In this document: piece after piece, positions 46,844-56,080 of the stretch | How positions within the stretch are numbered: the first letter of the stretch is position 1 | Layout of the letters: each line of letters begins with the position of its first letter | Assembly: GCF_039767735.1 (NCBI RefSeq) | Contig: NZ_JBDNBX010000053.1 | Length of the DNA stretch: 64,000 nucleotides | Origin: Nocardioides sp. | GTDB lineage: Bacteria; Actinomycetota; Actinomycetes; Propionibacteriales; Nocardioidaceae | Reading direction: 5' to 3' (one strand) | Notes under the pieces: model-generated | What the model saw: only the letters and a program-made list of their open reading frames with translations | What the model was told of the DNA's origin: nothing | Database searches by the model: none | Position numbers and translations under genes: made by a program

Positions 46844-47398
46844 TCATCGCAGAAGGCCTCGCTGCTCGGAGGTGGGCAGGGCGCGCAGGGCCTCGTTCTC
46901 CAGGTCGACGATCTGAGCCTGGCGGTTGGCGCCGAACTTGGTGTGCTGGACCTGGTCGTGGAGCTTGAGGATCGCGTCGATCAGCATCTCGGGCCGCGGC
47001 GGGCAGCCGGGGAGGTACATGTCGACGGGCACGACGTGGTCGACGCCCTGGACCACGGCGTAGTTGTTGAACATCCCGCCGCTGCTGGCGCACACGCCCA
47101 TGGCGAGCACCCACTTGGGCTCGGCCATCTGGTCGTAGATCTGGCGCAGCACCGGCGCCATCTTCTGGCTCACCCGACCGGCGACGATCATCAGGTCGGC
47201 CTGGCGCGGGCTGGCGCGGAAGACCTCCATGCCGAAGCGGGCCAGGTCGTACTTCGGGCCGCCCGAGGTCATCATCTCGATGGCGCAGCAGGCCAGGCCG
47301 AACGTCGCCGGCCAGAAGGAGGCCTTGCGCATGTAGCCGGCGAGGCCCTCGACCGAGGTCAGCAGGACGCCGCTGGGAAGCTTCTCTTCGATGCCCAT
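46844..47398 (-). CDS. nuoB: NADH-quinone oxidoreductase subunit B
   Basis: N2-cluster motifs [29 protein letters not shown]. Confidence 0.9.
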   Translation of the reverse strand: MGIEEKLPSGVLLTSVEGLAGYMRKASFWPATFGLACCAIEMMTSGGPKYDLARFGMEVFRASPRQADLMIVAGRVSQKMAPVLRQIYDQMAEPKWVLAMGVCASSGGMFNNYAVVQGVDHVVPVDMYLPGCPPRPEMLIDAILKLHDQVQHTKFGANRQAQIVDLENEALRALPTSEQRGLLR

Positions 47399-47466
47399 GG
47401 TGTGCTCGCTCTCAGATCAGGGGGTGCTGGTTCGGTCGCCTGCGGGTCGTCGACCGCGCGGTCGGG

Positions 47467-47826
47467 TCAGTCCCACTCGAGACCGCCCCGGCGCCAGACG
47501 TAGGTGTAGGCGATGAAGACGGTGGCGATGAACAGCACCATCTCGACGAGGCCGAAGACGGCCATCGCGTCGAAGTTCACCGCCCACGGGTAGAGGAAGA
47601 TGATCTCGATGTCGAAGACGATGAAGAGCATCGCGGTGATGTAGTACTTCACCGGGAACCGACCGCCGCCGACGGGTTGCGGCGTCGGCTCGATGCCGCA
47701 CTCGTAGCTGTCGACCTTGGCCCGGTTGTAGCGGCTCGGTCCCACCACCATGCTGGTGATGATGGAGCCGACCGCGAAGAGGGCCGCCAGCGCCGCGAGG
47801 GCGAGTACGGGGGTGTAGAGCTCCAT
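47467..47826 (-). CDS. nuoA: NADH-quinone oxidoreductase subunit A
   Basis: 119 aa, three TM segments, motif YECGIEP. ATG at 47826 (MELYTPVLAL) is preferred over the 9-codon extension. Confidence 0.85.
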   Translation of the reverse strand: MELYTPVLALAALAALFAVGSIITSMVVGPSRYNRAKVDSYECGIEPTPQPVGGGRFPVKYYITAMLFIVFDIEIIFLYPWAVNFDAMAVFGLVEMVLFIATVFIAYTYVWRRGGLEWD

Positions 47827-47901
47827 CAGGTTCCTTCCGCAGGTCCGACGCACCCTGCGACCCAGCCGTCGGCCGTCACCCGGCGGTGACTCTTTGTGGC
47901 T

Positions 47902-47919
47902 TTGTGAACTGAATCACGA
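47902..47919 (-). promoter_or_regulatory. Rex-like operator upstream of nuoA
   Basis: TTGTGAA-ctga-ATCACGA compared with the Streptomyces Rex operator consensus TTGTGAA-N4-TTCACAA: 12 of 14 arm positions match and the spacing is correct. It lies 76-93 nt upstream of the nuoA ATG. Confidence 0.45.
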
Positions 47920-48063
47920 GTGGCGCACGCGTCATACTGCCACTCCCCGCGGCGCGCGTCACACCCGGGTTCGCACCACGGAAACCCTGTCTCACCTGGG
48001 CATTTAACGCACGCAACCGTTGCCTAATTCGACGCGAGGTCGACCGGCGCCCGGCGAAGCGGG

Positions 48064-48753
48064 TCAGCGCACGGCGCGGTGCAGCGCCACGATGCCGCCG
48101 GTGAGGTTGCGCCACTCGGGGCGCTGCCAGCCCGCCTCCCCGATCAGGGCGGCCAGCCCGTCCTGGTCGGGCCAGGCCCGGATCGACTCGGCCAGGTAGA
48201 CGTAGGCGTCCGGCGCGGAGGAGACCGCGCGCGCCACCGACGGCAGCGCCTTCATGAGGTACTCGAGGTAGACCGTGCGGAACGGTCCCCACGTCGGCTG
48301 GCTGAACTCGCACACGACCAGACGCCCGCCGGGTCGGGTCACCCGTCGCAGCTCGCGCAGGCCGGCGAGCGGGTCCACGATGTTGCGCAGGCCGAACGAG
48401 ATCGTGACCGCGTCGAAGGTGTCGTCGGCGAAGGGCAGCCGGGTGCCGTCGCCCGCGGTGAAGGGCAGGTGCGGGCGCGCCCGCTTGCCGACGCGCAGCA
48501 TCCCGATCGAGAAGTCGCACGGCACCACCACGGCGCCACGGTCGTCGAAGGGCTGGCTCGACGTGCCGGTGCCGGCCGCGAGGTCGAGCACGCGCTCGCC
48601 GTACTGCGGGTCGACGGCCTCGATCACGTCGCGGCGCCACCGGCGGTCCTGCCCCAGGGACAGGACGTCGTTGGTGATGTCGTAGCGACGCGCGACCGCG
48701 TCGAACATCCCTTGGACGTCGGTCGGCTGCTTGTCGAGGTCTGCACGGGGCAC
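48064..48753 (-). CDS. menG: demethylmenaquinone methyltransferase
   Basis: UbiE/MenG pattern [29 protein letters not shown] motif VLDLAAGTG, and FGLRNI. GTG at 48753. Confidence 0.85.
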   Translation of the reverse strand: MPRADLDKQPTDVQGMFDAVARRYDITNDVLSLGQDRRWRRDVIEAVDPQYGERVLDLAAGTGTSSQPFDDRGAVVVPCDFSIGMLRVGKRARPHLPFTAGDGTRLPFADDTFDAVTISFGLRNIVDPLAGLRELRRVTRPGGRLVVCEFSQPTWGPFRTVYLEYLMKALPSVARAVSSAPDAYVYLAESIRAWPDQDGLAALIGEAGWQRPEWRNLTGGIVALHRAVR

Positions 48754-48789
48754 GCCGCCGAGCCTATGTGCAGGCCGCGGAGGGTGCCC

Positions 48790-48817
48790 GCCGAGGTCCC
48801 CGCCGAGGTCCCGCCGA
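48790..48817. repeat. short tandem repeat GCCGAGGTCCC(C) x2.4 in the menG/ldt divergent spacer
   Basis: Read directly: gccgaggtcccc gccgaggtccc gccga. Confidence 0.8.
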
Positions 48818-48924
48818 TCTGCAACCAATCCGCGCCTCGGTGCGTCTCCTCGTTGTCAGGCCCCTGCGCCTCGTACCACTGGCATCATCAGCCACACACG
48901 TCACACACTCAGGAGCAACCCACC

Positions 48925-49872
48925 ATGCGTATCGTCCGCCGCGTCACCGTGACCCTCGTCGTCGCCGCCCTGCTCGCCGTCGCCGGCGTCGCGATGGGGT
49001 ACGCCCTCGACGTCAACGGCATGCGCGAGGCGACCCAGCGGGCCGCCGGGATCGAGCCCGCGGGCAGCTCCGGCGCCGAGCCCACCCGCACCCCCCGACG
49101 ACCGGCCACGGCGACCCCCACGCCCACGCCCGACCCGGCCCCTGAGCCGGGCCCCGAGCCGACATCCGAGCCGACTCCCTCCCCCACGCCGACGCCCCAG
49201 CCGGAGCCGGAGCCGCAGGGAGGACCCGCCCTGCTCTCGCCCGAGGACCGTGGTCCGCAGGTCCGGGCCCTGCAGGCCCGCCTGCGCCAGATCCAGTGGT
49301 TCAACACCGACGTGACGGGCTACTTCGGCGACGTGACCACCGAGGCCGTCTCCGGGTTCCAGGCCAAGCGGGAGATCCCGGTGACCGGCTACGTCGACCG
49401 GGAGACGATGGACCGGCTCGTGGCGATGACGACCGAGCCCACCGCCGACGAGCTCGCCAACCGTCTCGACACCGCTCCCGGTGCGAACGTCCCCGGCGCG
49501 CTCGACGCGCGCTGCCAGACGGGCCGCGTGCTGTGCATCGACAAGTCCAGCCGCACGCTGCGCTGGGTCGTGGGCGGCACCGTCCGCACCACCGTCGACG
49601 TCCGGTTCGGCGCCGAGCAGACCCCGACCCGTGAAGGCGTGTTCTCGGTCAACTCCAAGAGCCGTGACCACGTCTCGTCGCTCTACGGCAGCGCGATGCC
49701 GTTCGCGATGTTCTTCTCCCAGGGCCAGGCGGTGCACTACTCGTCCGACTTCGCCGCGGTCGGCTACAACGGTGCGTCCCACGGGTGCGTCAACGTGCGC
49801 GACTACGACGCCGTGGCCGCGCTCTTCGACCAGGTCCAGGTCGGCGACAAGGTCGTCGTCTACCGCTCCTGA
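48925..49872 (+). CDS. L,D-transpeptidase with Pro/Thr-rich linker and PG-binding domain
   Basis: N-terminal TM anchor, PT/PE-rich linker, PG_binding_1-like segment (GPQVRALQARLRQIQWF...GYFGDVTTEAVSGFQ), and YkuD catalytic motif SHGCVNV. AGGAG lies 9 nt upstream of ATG 48925. Confidence 0.8.
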   Translation: MRIVRRVTVTLVVAALLAVAGVAMGYALDVNGMREATQRAAGIEPAGSSGAEPTRTPRRPATATPTPTPDPAPEPGPEPTSEPTPSPTPTPQPEPEPQGGPALLSPEDRGPQVRALQARLRQIQWFNTDVTGYFGDVTTEAVSGFQAKREIPVTGYVDRETMDRLVAMTTEPTADELANRLDTAPGANVPGALDARCQTGRVLCIDKSSRTLRWVVGGTVRTTVDVRFGAEQTPTREGVFSVNSKSRDHVSSLYGSAMPFAMFFSQGQAVHYSSDFAAVGYNGASHGCVNVRDYDAVAALFDQVQVGDKVVVYRS

Positions 49873-49893
49873 CCGGGGCCGCCGGGCGGTGGG

Positions 49894-50556
49894 TCAGCCC
49901 TGCTCGTCCTCCAGCAGCGCGTCGGCGGCCGTGACGGTCTCCTCGATGCTCAAGCCCTGGGAGGTCACGTCGTACAGCAGCCCGTCGGCACCGAGCTGGC
50001 AGTGGACCCGTTGGGGCAGCTCCGCCGGGTCCGCCGCCTGCCCGGCCGCGATCGGCTGGGCGTAGATCACCGAGCAGACGCCGTCGTCGGTCTGCACGAA
50101 GTCCAGGGTCGAGCGCGCCACGCCCTGCACCTCGGGCGAGATGGGGGTGCCGTCCGGCACGAACAGACCGGGCTCGCCGGGGCCCACCGTCACCGTGACC
50201 AGCACCGAGCCGTCGGTGCGACCGTAGATGCCGAAGGCCGAGGGCTCGCCGTACAGCTCGGCGACGTTGGCCGCGCCCGAGTCCACGATGTCCGCCAGCG
50301 CCTCGGCCCCACCGGACTGCTCGACGATCTCGGCGGGCATCTCCGGGCTGGTCAGCGAGACCAGGTCTCCCGGCAAGGACTCGGGGAGCGGCGCGAGCGC
50401 CTCGACACCCGGCCCCTCGCCGCCCTCGCCGCCCTCGGCGCCGGCAACCTCGGGGAGACCCACGGCGAAGCCGACCACCGCGGCGAGCAGGACGACGCCG
50501 CTCGCGGCGGCGAGGAGGGCGGTGCGGGCTGAGGACGGGCGGTTCGAGGTGCTCAT
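49894..50556 (-). CDS. hypothetical membrane-anchored exported protein
   Basis: 220 aa with an N-terminal TM/signal anchor (ALLAAASGVVLLAAVVGFAV), an acidic mature part and two Cys. No motif recognised; GC3-biased frame. Confidence 0.5.
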   Translation of the reverse strand: MSTSNRPSSARTALLAAASGVVLLAAVVGFAVGLPEVAGAEGGEGGEGPGVEALAPLPESLPGDLVSLTSPEMPAEIVEQSGGAEALADIVDSGAANVAELYGEPSAFGIYGRTDGSVLVTVTVGPGEPGLFVPDGTPISPEVQGVARSTLDFVQTDDGVCSVIYAQPIAAGQAADPAELPQRVHCQLGADGLLYDVTSQGLSIEETVTAADALLEDEQG

Positions 50557-50617
50557 GGAATCGAGTCTGACAGCCGGGTGAGCAGCCGCCCGCACGAGGC
50601 TGGGTAGGCTCCCCAGG

Positions 50618-51886
50618 GTGAGCATGGGTGTGATGACCGACGAGCAGGCTGCGCCGCTCGTCGTCCGCACCACCCGGCTGGACCTCGACTCCGCGGCAGC
50701 GCTCGTGGACCTCCTCCCGGACACCGACCCGGTCGCCTGGCTCCGCCGTGGCGAGGGTGTCGTGGGATGGGGCGTGGCCGCTCAGGTCCGCACCCGGGGC
50801 GCACGACGCTTCGCCGACGCCGACGACTGGTGGAGCCGACTGACCGCTCGCGCCGTCGTGCGCAGCGACCTCGCCCAGCCGGGGACCGGCCTGATCTGCT
50901 TCGGCACCTTCGCCTTCGCCGACGAACCCGGCGACTCCCACCTCGTGGTGCCCCGGGTCGTGGTCGGACGACGCGGCGACGACGCCTGGGTCACGACCGC
51001 CTCCACCACCGGCCTCGACCTCCTCGACGTCGCCGTCGCCCGGGCCGACCCCCCGCAGGCTCCCCAGGGCGTGCGCTTCGCCGACGGAGCGCTGGACGGG
51101 GACACCTGGATGAAGGCCGTCGCCGACGCGGTCGACAGGATCGTCTCCGGCGACCTCGAGAAGGTGGTGCTCGCCCGCGACCTGATCGCCACCGCCGACG
51201 AGCCCGTCGACGTCCGCTGGCCGCTCAGGCGTCTCACCGAGCTCTACCCCACGTGCTGGACGTTCCACGTCGCCGGGCTCTTCGGCGCCACCCCCGAGCT
51301 GCTCGTGCGCCGCGAGCGCGGCCTGGTCACCTCACGGGTGCTCGCCGGCACCATCCGCCGTACCGGCGACGACGGACGCGACCTGGCCCTGGCCGCGACC
51401 CTGGCCCGGTCGTCGAAGGACCTCGCCGAGCACGAGTACGCCGTCCGCTCGGTCGCCGACTCCTTGGAGCCGCACTGCTCCTCGATGAACGTGCCCGAGG
51501 CGCCGTTCGTGCTGCACCTGCCCAACGTGATGCACCTGGCCAGCGACGTGGCCGGCGTCGTGCACGACGCCGAGACGGTCTCCTCGCTGCAGCTGGTCGC
51601 CTCCTTGCACCCCTCCGCCGCGGTCGGGGGCACACCCACCGACGCGGCCCAGGACCTGATCACCGAGCTCGAGGGCATGCCGCGCGGACGCTACGCCGGC
51701 CCGGTGGGCTGGATGGATGCCAGCGGCGACGGGGAGTGGGGCATCGCCCTGCGCTCCGCGGAGGTCTCCGGAGCCACCGTGCGACTCTTCGCCGGCTGCG
51801 GCATCGTGGCCGACTCCGACCCCGCCTCGGAGCTCGCCGAGACCCAGGCGAAGTTCGTGCCGGTGCGCGACGCCCTCGGCGGCTGA
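50618..51886 (+). CDS. menF: isochorismate synthase (menaquinone-specific)
   Basis: Chorismate-binding C-terminal core LHPSAAVGGTP...GRYAGPVGWMD..GDGEWGIALRS...AGCGIVADSDP. men-gene neighbourhood. The start is uncertain within 50618..50633. Confidence 0.8.
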   Translation: MSMGVMTDEQAAPLVVRTTRLDLDSAAALVDLLPDTDPVAWLRRGEGVVGWGVAAQVRTRGARRFADADDWWSRLTARAVVRSDLAQPGTGLICFGTFAFADEPGDSHLVVPRVVVGRRGDDAWVTTASTTGLDLLDVAVARADPPQAPQGVRFADGALDGDTWMKAVADAVDRIVSGDLEKVVLARDLIATADEPVDVRWPLRRLTELYPTCWTFHVAGLFGATPELLVRRERGLVTSRVLAGTIRRTGDDGRDLALAATLARSSKDLAEHEYAVRSVADSLEPHCSSMNVPEAPFVLHLPNVMHLASDVAGVVHDAETVSSLQLVASLHPSAAVGGTPTDAAQDLITELEGMPRGRYAGPVGWMDASGDGEWGIALRSAEVSGATVRLFAGCGIVADSDPASELAETQAKFVPVRDALGG

Positions 51887-51898
51887 GCGGTCGGGGCC

Positions 51899-52531
51899 CT
51901 ACTCCAGGTCCGCGCCGTCGGGCACCCGCACGAACGACAGGTCGCCGACGAGGTTGGCCATGTGGGTGTCGACCATGCCGAGCGCGAGGTCGCTGTAGAC
52001 CTTGTCGTGGATCCCGAGGCTGCGTGGAGCGCGCACCTCGCGGACGAAGTCGACCGCCTCGCTCATCTTCAGCCACGGCGCCGAGATCGGCGCGAGCAGC
52101 ACGTCGATCGCCTCTCCGGGCGGTGTGAGCGCGTCGCCGGGGTGGTACACGCTCTGGTCGCCGCAGGTCAGCAGGTAGCCGGAGTTGTCGAAGCGCGGGT
52201 AGTCGGGATGGATGACCGCGTGCTTCTCCCCCACCACCCGGACGGGGACGCCGAGGTCGAGCAGGTCCCCGGGACCCACCACGCGCACCCGCTCGCTCAG
52301 GTCCGGGGCGTGCGCGGCGATGACCCTCGCCACCGCGTCGATGGTCACGATCGGGGCCTCGACCGCGCGCAGGTGATCGGCGTCGTAGTGGTCGGCGTGC
52401 TCGTGGGTGATCAGCACGACGTCGGCGCCGGTGACCGCCTCGCGGGCGGTGAAGCCGCCCGGGTCCAGCACGAGTCGCACCCCGGCGTGCTCGACCCGGA
52501 CACAGGCATGACCGAACTTGGTGATCCGCAT
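51899..52531 (-). CDS. MBL-fold metallo-hydrolase
   Basis: MRITKFGHACVRVE..., HxHxDH motif THEHADHYD, later HPGD. ATG at 52531; the 922-aa track ORF is an antisense extension. Confidence 0.75.
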   Translation of the reverse strand: MRITKFGHACVRVEHAGVRLVLDPGGFTAREAVTGADVVLITHEHADHYDADHLRAVEAPIVTIDAVARVIAAHAPDLSERVRVVGPGDLLDLGVPVRVVGEKHAVIHPDYPRFDNSGYLLTCGDQSVYHPGDALTPPGEAIDVLLAPISAPWLKMSEAVDFVREVRAPRSLGIHDKVYSDLALGMVDTHMANLVGDLSFVRVPDGADLE

Positions 52532-52645
52532 GCGTCCGAAACTACTCGCCGGGCCGTCTCGTCCACCCCACGCGTGGCACGCCCTACCGATCACGAGTGC
52601 ACATTCCCCGCCCGGAGGGGTGAGGCAGCGGCGTAGGATGCCGCC

Positions 52646-55216
52646 GTGCTGCTCAAGGAGCGTCTGGACACGGCGGTGCAGGTTCGCCGGACCCTGGCCT
52701 CGGGCAGCTCGGTGGTCCTGTCCGGTCCCCGCGGCAGCGGCCGCACCAGCGTGGTCGAGGAGGCCGCCCGGCTCCTGGGCGAGCGCGCGTACGTCGTGCG
52801 CGGCAGCGAGGGCCGCTCGGGCATCCCGCTGGCCGCCTGCTCGGAGCTGGTCTCGGCCTTCGGGGACGTCGACGCCGAGCCGCTGCGCCTCTACGCCACG
52901 CTCCCCAAGGTCCTGCTCGCGGCCGAGGTGGTCGTGCTCGTCGACGACGCCGACCACCTCGACCTGGCGTCGGCCGCCCTGCTCTCCCAGAGCGCCCGGG
53001 CCGGGGTGCCGATGACGTTCGCGACGAGCTCGCCCTCGCTGCTGCCGCCCTCGTTCCGCGACGCGCGGGAGCGCTCGGGCTGGCCCACCTTCGAGCTGGA
53101 GCCCCTGGCCGACGACCAGGTGCTCGCGCTCGCGGCGGCCCGGCTCGGGGACGAGCTGTCGCCACAGTCCGCGGCGCTGCTGCTCTCCCACGCCCGCGGC
53201 AACCCGCGGATCGTCCTCGAGCTCGTCCGCTCGGCGACGGCGCTCTCCTCGACCACGGCCGGCGTCGATCTCGGCACCCTGGCCCTGACGCCCGTCATCC
53301 GCGACCTCGTGGACCTCTCCGGCCTCGCCGCGGATCAGCTGCACCTGCTGCACCTGCTCTGCCTCGCCGGTCCGCTCCCGATGGACGTGCTGGACCTGGG
53401 GGGCGTGGAGGAGCTCGAGCGACAGGGCTTGGTGCACTGCACCCGCGAGGAGCAGCAGGAGATCGTCTCGCTGGTCGACCCGCTGCTCGACGACGTCGTC
53501 ACCGAGATGCTCACCCCGCTGGCCCGGCGACGCCTGGCCGGCGAGCTGGCCGATGCCCTCGAACCCGTGCCCGGGTGGAGCGGCGTGGCCACCCTGGCAG
53601 CGGTCCGGGCCGGGCGGCGTCCCGACCCGGCGCGACTCGAGCTCGGCGCGAGACGTGCGCTCGCCGCCGGACGTCCCGCCGAGGCGATGGAGCTCCTGCG
53701 TTCCGGGACCGCGGACGACGGCCGGGACCGCTCCCTGGAGCCCCGGCTCGCCGCGCTGCTGGGCTCGGCCCTGTCGGCCCAGGGCTCCCTGACGGAAGCG
53801 CGCGAGGTGCTCGAGAAGGGCCTCGCCGATGCCGGCACCGATCTCGAGCGCCGCGACCTCGGCCAGCAGCTCGGCCTGCTGCACGCCGTACGCGCCTCGG
53901 ACCCGGCCACCGCGGTGAGCACGGTCGAGACGATCGCGGCCGCTGTGGACGACCCCGAGTGCCGAGCCGTCCTGCTCACCGACCTCGCCAAGTGGCGGAT
54001 GATGGCCGGGCAACCCGCCACGGACGTGGCCCTCGCGCTCCCCGGTGTCGGCGACAGCCTGGATGCCGCGGCCGAGGTCAACAGCGCGCTCATCGGAGCG
54101 ATGATCGAGGTGATGGGGGGCTCGCTCCCCGAGGCACGCCGCCACGTCGAGCTCGGCCGCCAGGGCCTGCTGAGGACCGACGCGGCCCTCACCTTCGCCC
54201 CCCACCTGCTCGACCTGTCGAGCTTCCTGGCCGAGGTCTTCGACGGCCGGGTCGTGGCGGCGGAGGAGCTCGCGACGCGACGGCGCAACGCTGCTGCCCG
54301 CGCGGCGGACGAGTCCCTGGGCATGTGGGAGTTCGCGACCGCCGAGGTGGCCCTGCACGTCGGTCGGTACACCCTGGGGGTCGAGCTGGCCTCGCGAGCC
54401 CGACGCCACCTCGCCTGGCGCGACTTCACCGGGCTGCGCCCCACCGCGGTCGCTCTCGACGCCGCCCTCATGGCGCGCACCGGTCGACCGTCGACGGCGC
54501 TCGACCTCCTGACGGAGATCACCGACGACCACCGCGCCGACGTCAAGGTCGAGCTCCACGTGGCCCGTGTCCGGGCCGAGGCGAGCCTCGCCTCCGGCGA
54601 CCGGGCCGGTGCCGCCGAGATCCTGGCGGTGGCGGCGCGCCGCGCCGTCGAGGAGGCGCACCTCCACCTCGCCGTCCTGGCTCTCGACGAGGCGTTCATG
54701 GTCGACCCGAGCACCGAGCGCGCCGCCGAGCTGAGGTCCGTGGCACCTCCCACGGGGCTGGCCGCGCTCCTCCTCGCCCGGGCCGAGTCCGTGTGCAGCG
54801 GCAAGGCGCAGGCGATCATCGAGGCCTCGCGGGCGCTCGTGGACGCCGGCATCCCCGGGCGCGCCGGGTGGAGCGCGGCGAAGGCGGCATCGCTGACCAG
54901 GGAGGCGGGCAGCGAGGCCGCCTCACGCTCCTACCGGCACCAGGCGACGGTGCTCGCCTCCGAGCACGGAGCCTCGCTGTGGCCCGACGACGCCGAGGGC
55001 GTGGTCCTGACGCCGCGCGAGCTGCAGATCGCCCGGTTGGCCGCCGCCCGCGTCCGCAGCCGAGAGATCGCCGAGCAGCTGGACCTCTCGGCACGCACCG
55101 TGGACAACCACCTCGCGCGGATCTTCCGCAAGCTCGGCATCTCCGGGCGCGGCGACCTCGCGGCGGCCCTGGACGTGGCCGGGCTCGGCGAGTCCGTGGA
55201 CGTCAGCTCCTCCTGA
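52646..55216 (+). CDS. large ATP-binding LuxR-family (LAL/MalT-like STAND) transcriptional regulator
   Basis: N-terminal P-loop GPRGSGRTS and Walker B VVVLVDDADHLD, a long helical-repeat middle region, and a C-terminal LuxR HTH LTPRELQIARLAAARVRSREIAEQLDLSARTVDNHLARIFRKLGI. Confidence 0.8.
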   Translation: MLLKERLDTAVQVRRTLASGSSVVLSGPRGSGRTSVVEEAARLLGERAYVVRGSEGRSGIPLAACSELVSAFGDVDAEPLRLYATLPKVLLAAEVVVLVDDADHLDLASAALLSQSARAGVPMTFATSSPSLLPPSFRDARERSGWPTFELEPLADDQVLALAAARLGDELSPQSAALLLSHARGNPRIVLELVRSATALSSTTAGVDLGTLALTPVIRDLVDLSGLAADQLHLLHLLCLAGPLPMDVLDLGGVEELERQGLVHCTREEQQEIVSLVDPLLDDVVTEMLTPLARRRLAGELADALEPVPGWSGVATLAAVRAGRRPDPARLELGARRALAAGRPAEAMELLRSGTADDGRDRSLEPRLAALLGSALSAQGSLTEAREVLEKGLADAGTDLERRDLGQQLGLLHAVRASDPATAVSTVETIAAAVDDPECRAVLLTDLAKWRMMAGQPATDVALALPGVGDSLDAAAEVNSALIGAMIEVMGGSLPEARRHVELGRQGLLRTDAALTFAPHLLDLSSFLAEVFDGRVVAAEELATRRRNAAARAADESLGMWEFATAEVALHVGRYTLGVELASRARRHLAWRDFTGLRPTAVALDAALMARTGRPSTALDLLTEITDDHRADVKVELHVARVRAEASLASGDRAGAAEILAVAARRAVEEAHLHLAVLALDEAFMVDPSTERAAELRSVAPPTGLAALLLARAESVCSGKAQAIIEASRALVDAGIPGRAGWSAAKAASLTREAGSEAASRSYRHQATVLASEHGASLWPDDAEGVVLTPRELQIARLAAARVRSREIAEQLDLSARTVDNHLARIFRKLGISGRGDLAAALDVAGLGESVDVSSS

Positions 55217-56003
55217 GCCCGGGCAGGAGTCCGGCCCCGAGCTCGGCGACGGCGCCCCACCGCTCGACCGGGCCGGCCTGCGCGGCGGGACCGTCGACCA
55301 CGTCGACCACCAGGCAGGTCACGTTGTCGACGCCACCGGCCTCCAGCGCGGCCGCCACCAGGAGCTCCACCACGGTCGCGGCGTCGGGAACTGCCAGGAT
55401 CAGGGCCAGGGCGGTGTCGTCGACCAGGTCGCTCAGGCCGTCGCTGCACACCAGCAGCCGGTCGCCGGGGGCCACCTCGAGCTCGCCGAGGTCGGGCTCC
55501 GAGAGCCCACCACCGCCCAGGGACCGCATCACGATGTGTCGGTGGGCGGAGCGACGGGCCTGCGCGGGGCTGAGCCTGCCGGCGTCGACCATCGTCTGGA
55601 CGAGGGTGTGGTCGTGCGTCACCTGCTCGAGGACCTGGCTGCGCCACCGGTAGGCCCGTGAGTCGCCCAGGTGGGCGATCGCCGTCCGCGTGCCGTCGGT
55701 GTGCACGGCCGTGAAGGTGGTGCCCATCCCGGCCAGCGACGGGTCGGCGAGCACCGCCTCGTGGAGCTCCGCGCGCGCCCGGTCGACCACCTGCTCGAGC
55801 ACGTCGGCGGGCGCGAGGTCCCGAGGCCCGCGCAGCGCGTCCTCGGCGACCCGGACCGCGGTGGCTGAGGCCACCTCGCCGGCTGCCGCTCCGCCCATCC
55901 CGTCGGCGACCACCACGAGGCTCGGCCCGCTCAGCCCGGAGTCCTCGTTGTGCGAGCGCACCAGTCCCACGTGGCTCGCGGCGGCGGTGCGGAACTGCAG
56001 CAT
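55203..56003 (-). CDS. PP2C-family Ser/Thr protein phosphatase (catalytic domain only)
   Basis: SHVGLVRSHNEDS, VVADGMGG, LVCSDGLSD, DNVTCLVVDV. Confidence 0.8.
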   Translation of the reverse strand: MLQFRTAAASHVGLVRSHNEDSGLSGPSLVVVADGMGGAAAGEVASATAVRVAEDALRGPRDLAPADVLEQVVDRARAELHEAVLADPSLAGMGTTFTAVHTDGTRTAIAHLGDSRAYRWRSQVLEQVTHDHTLVQTMVDAGRLSPAQARRSAHRHIVMRSLGGGGLSEPDLGELEVAPGDRLLVCSDGLSDLVDDTALALILAVPDAATVVELLVAAALEAGGVDNVTCLVVDVVDGPAAQAGPVERWGAVAELGAGLLPGLRRS

Positions 56004-56080
56004 GGCGCAAGTCTCGCACCGGGCACCGACATCGGCCGGGGAACCGCCCGCCCGGCGTACGTGCCCGATACCGTCGCCGG

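Noticed and set aside
49060-49215. A repetitive Pro/Thr/Glu-rich DNA stretch inside the L,D-transpeptidase gene, considered as a possible repeat element or PE/PPE-like feature.
   Set aside because: It is in frame and encodes a typical low-complexity PT/PE linker between the membrane anchor and the PG-binding domain. It is not an independent element.
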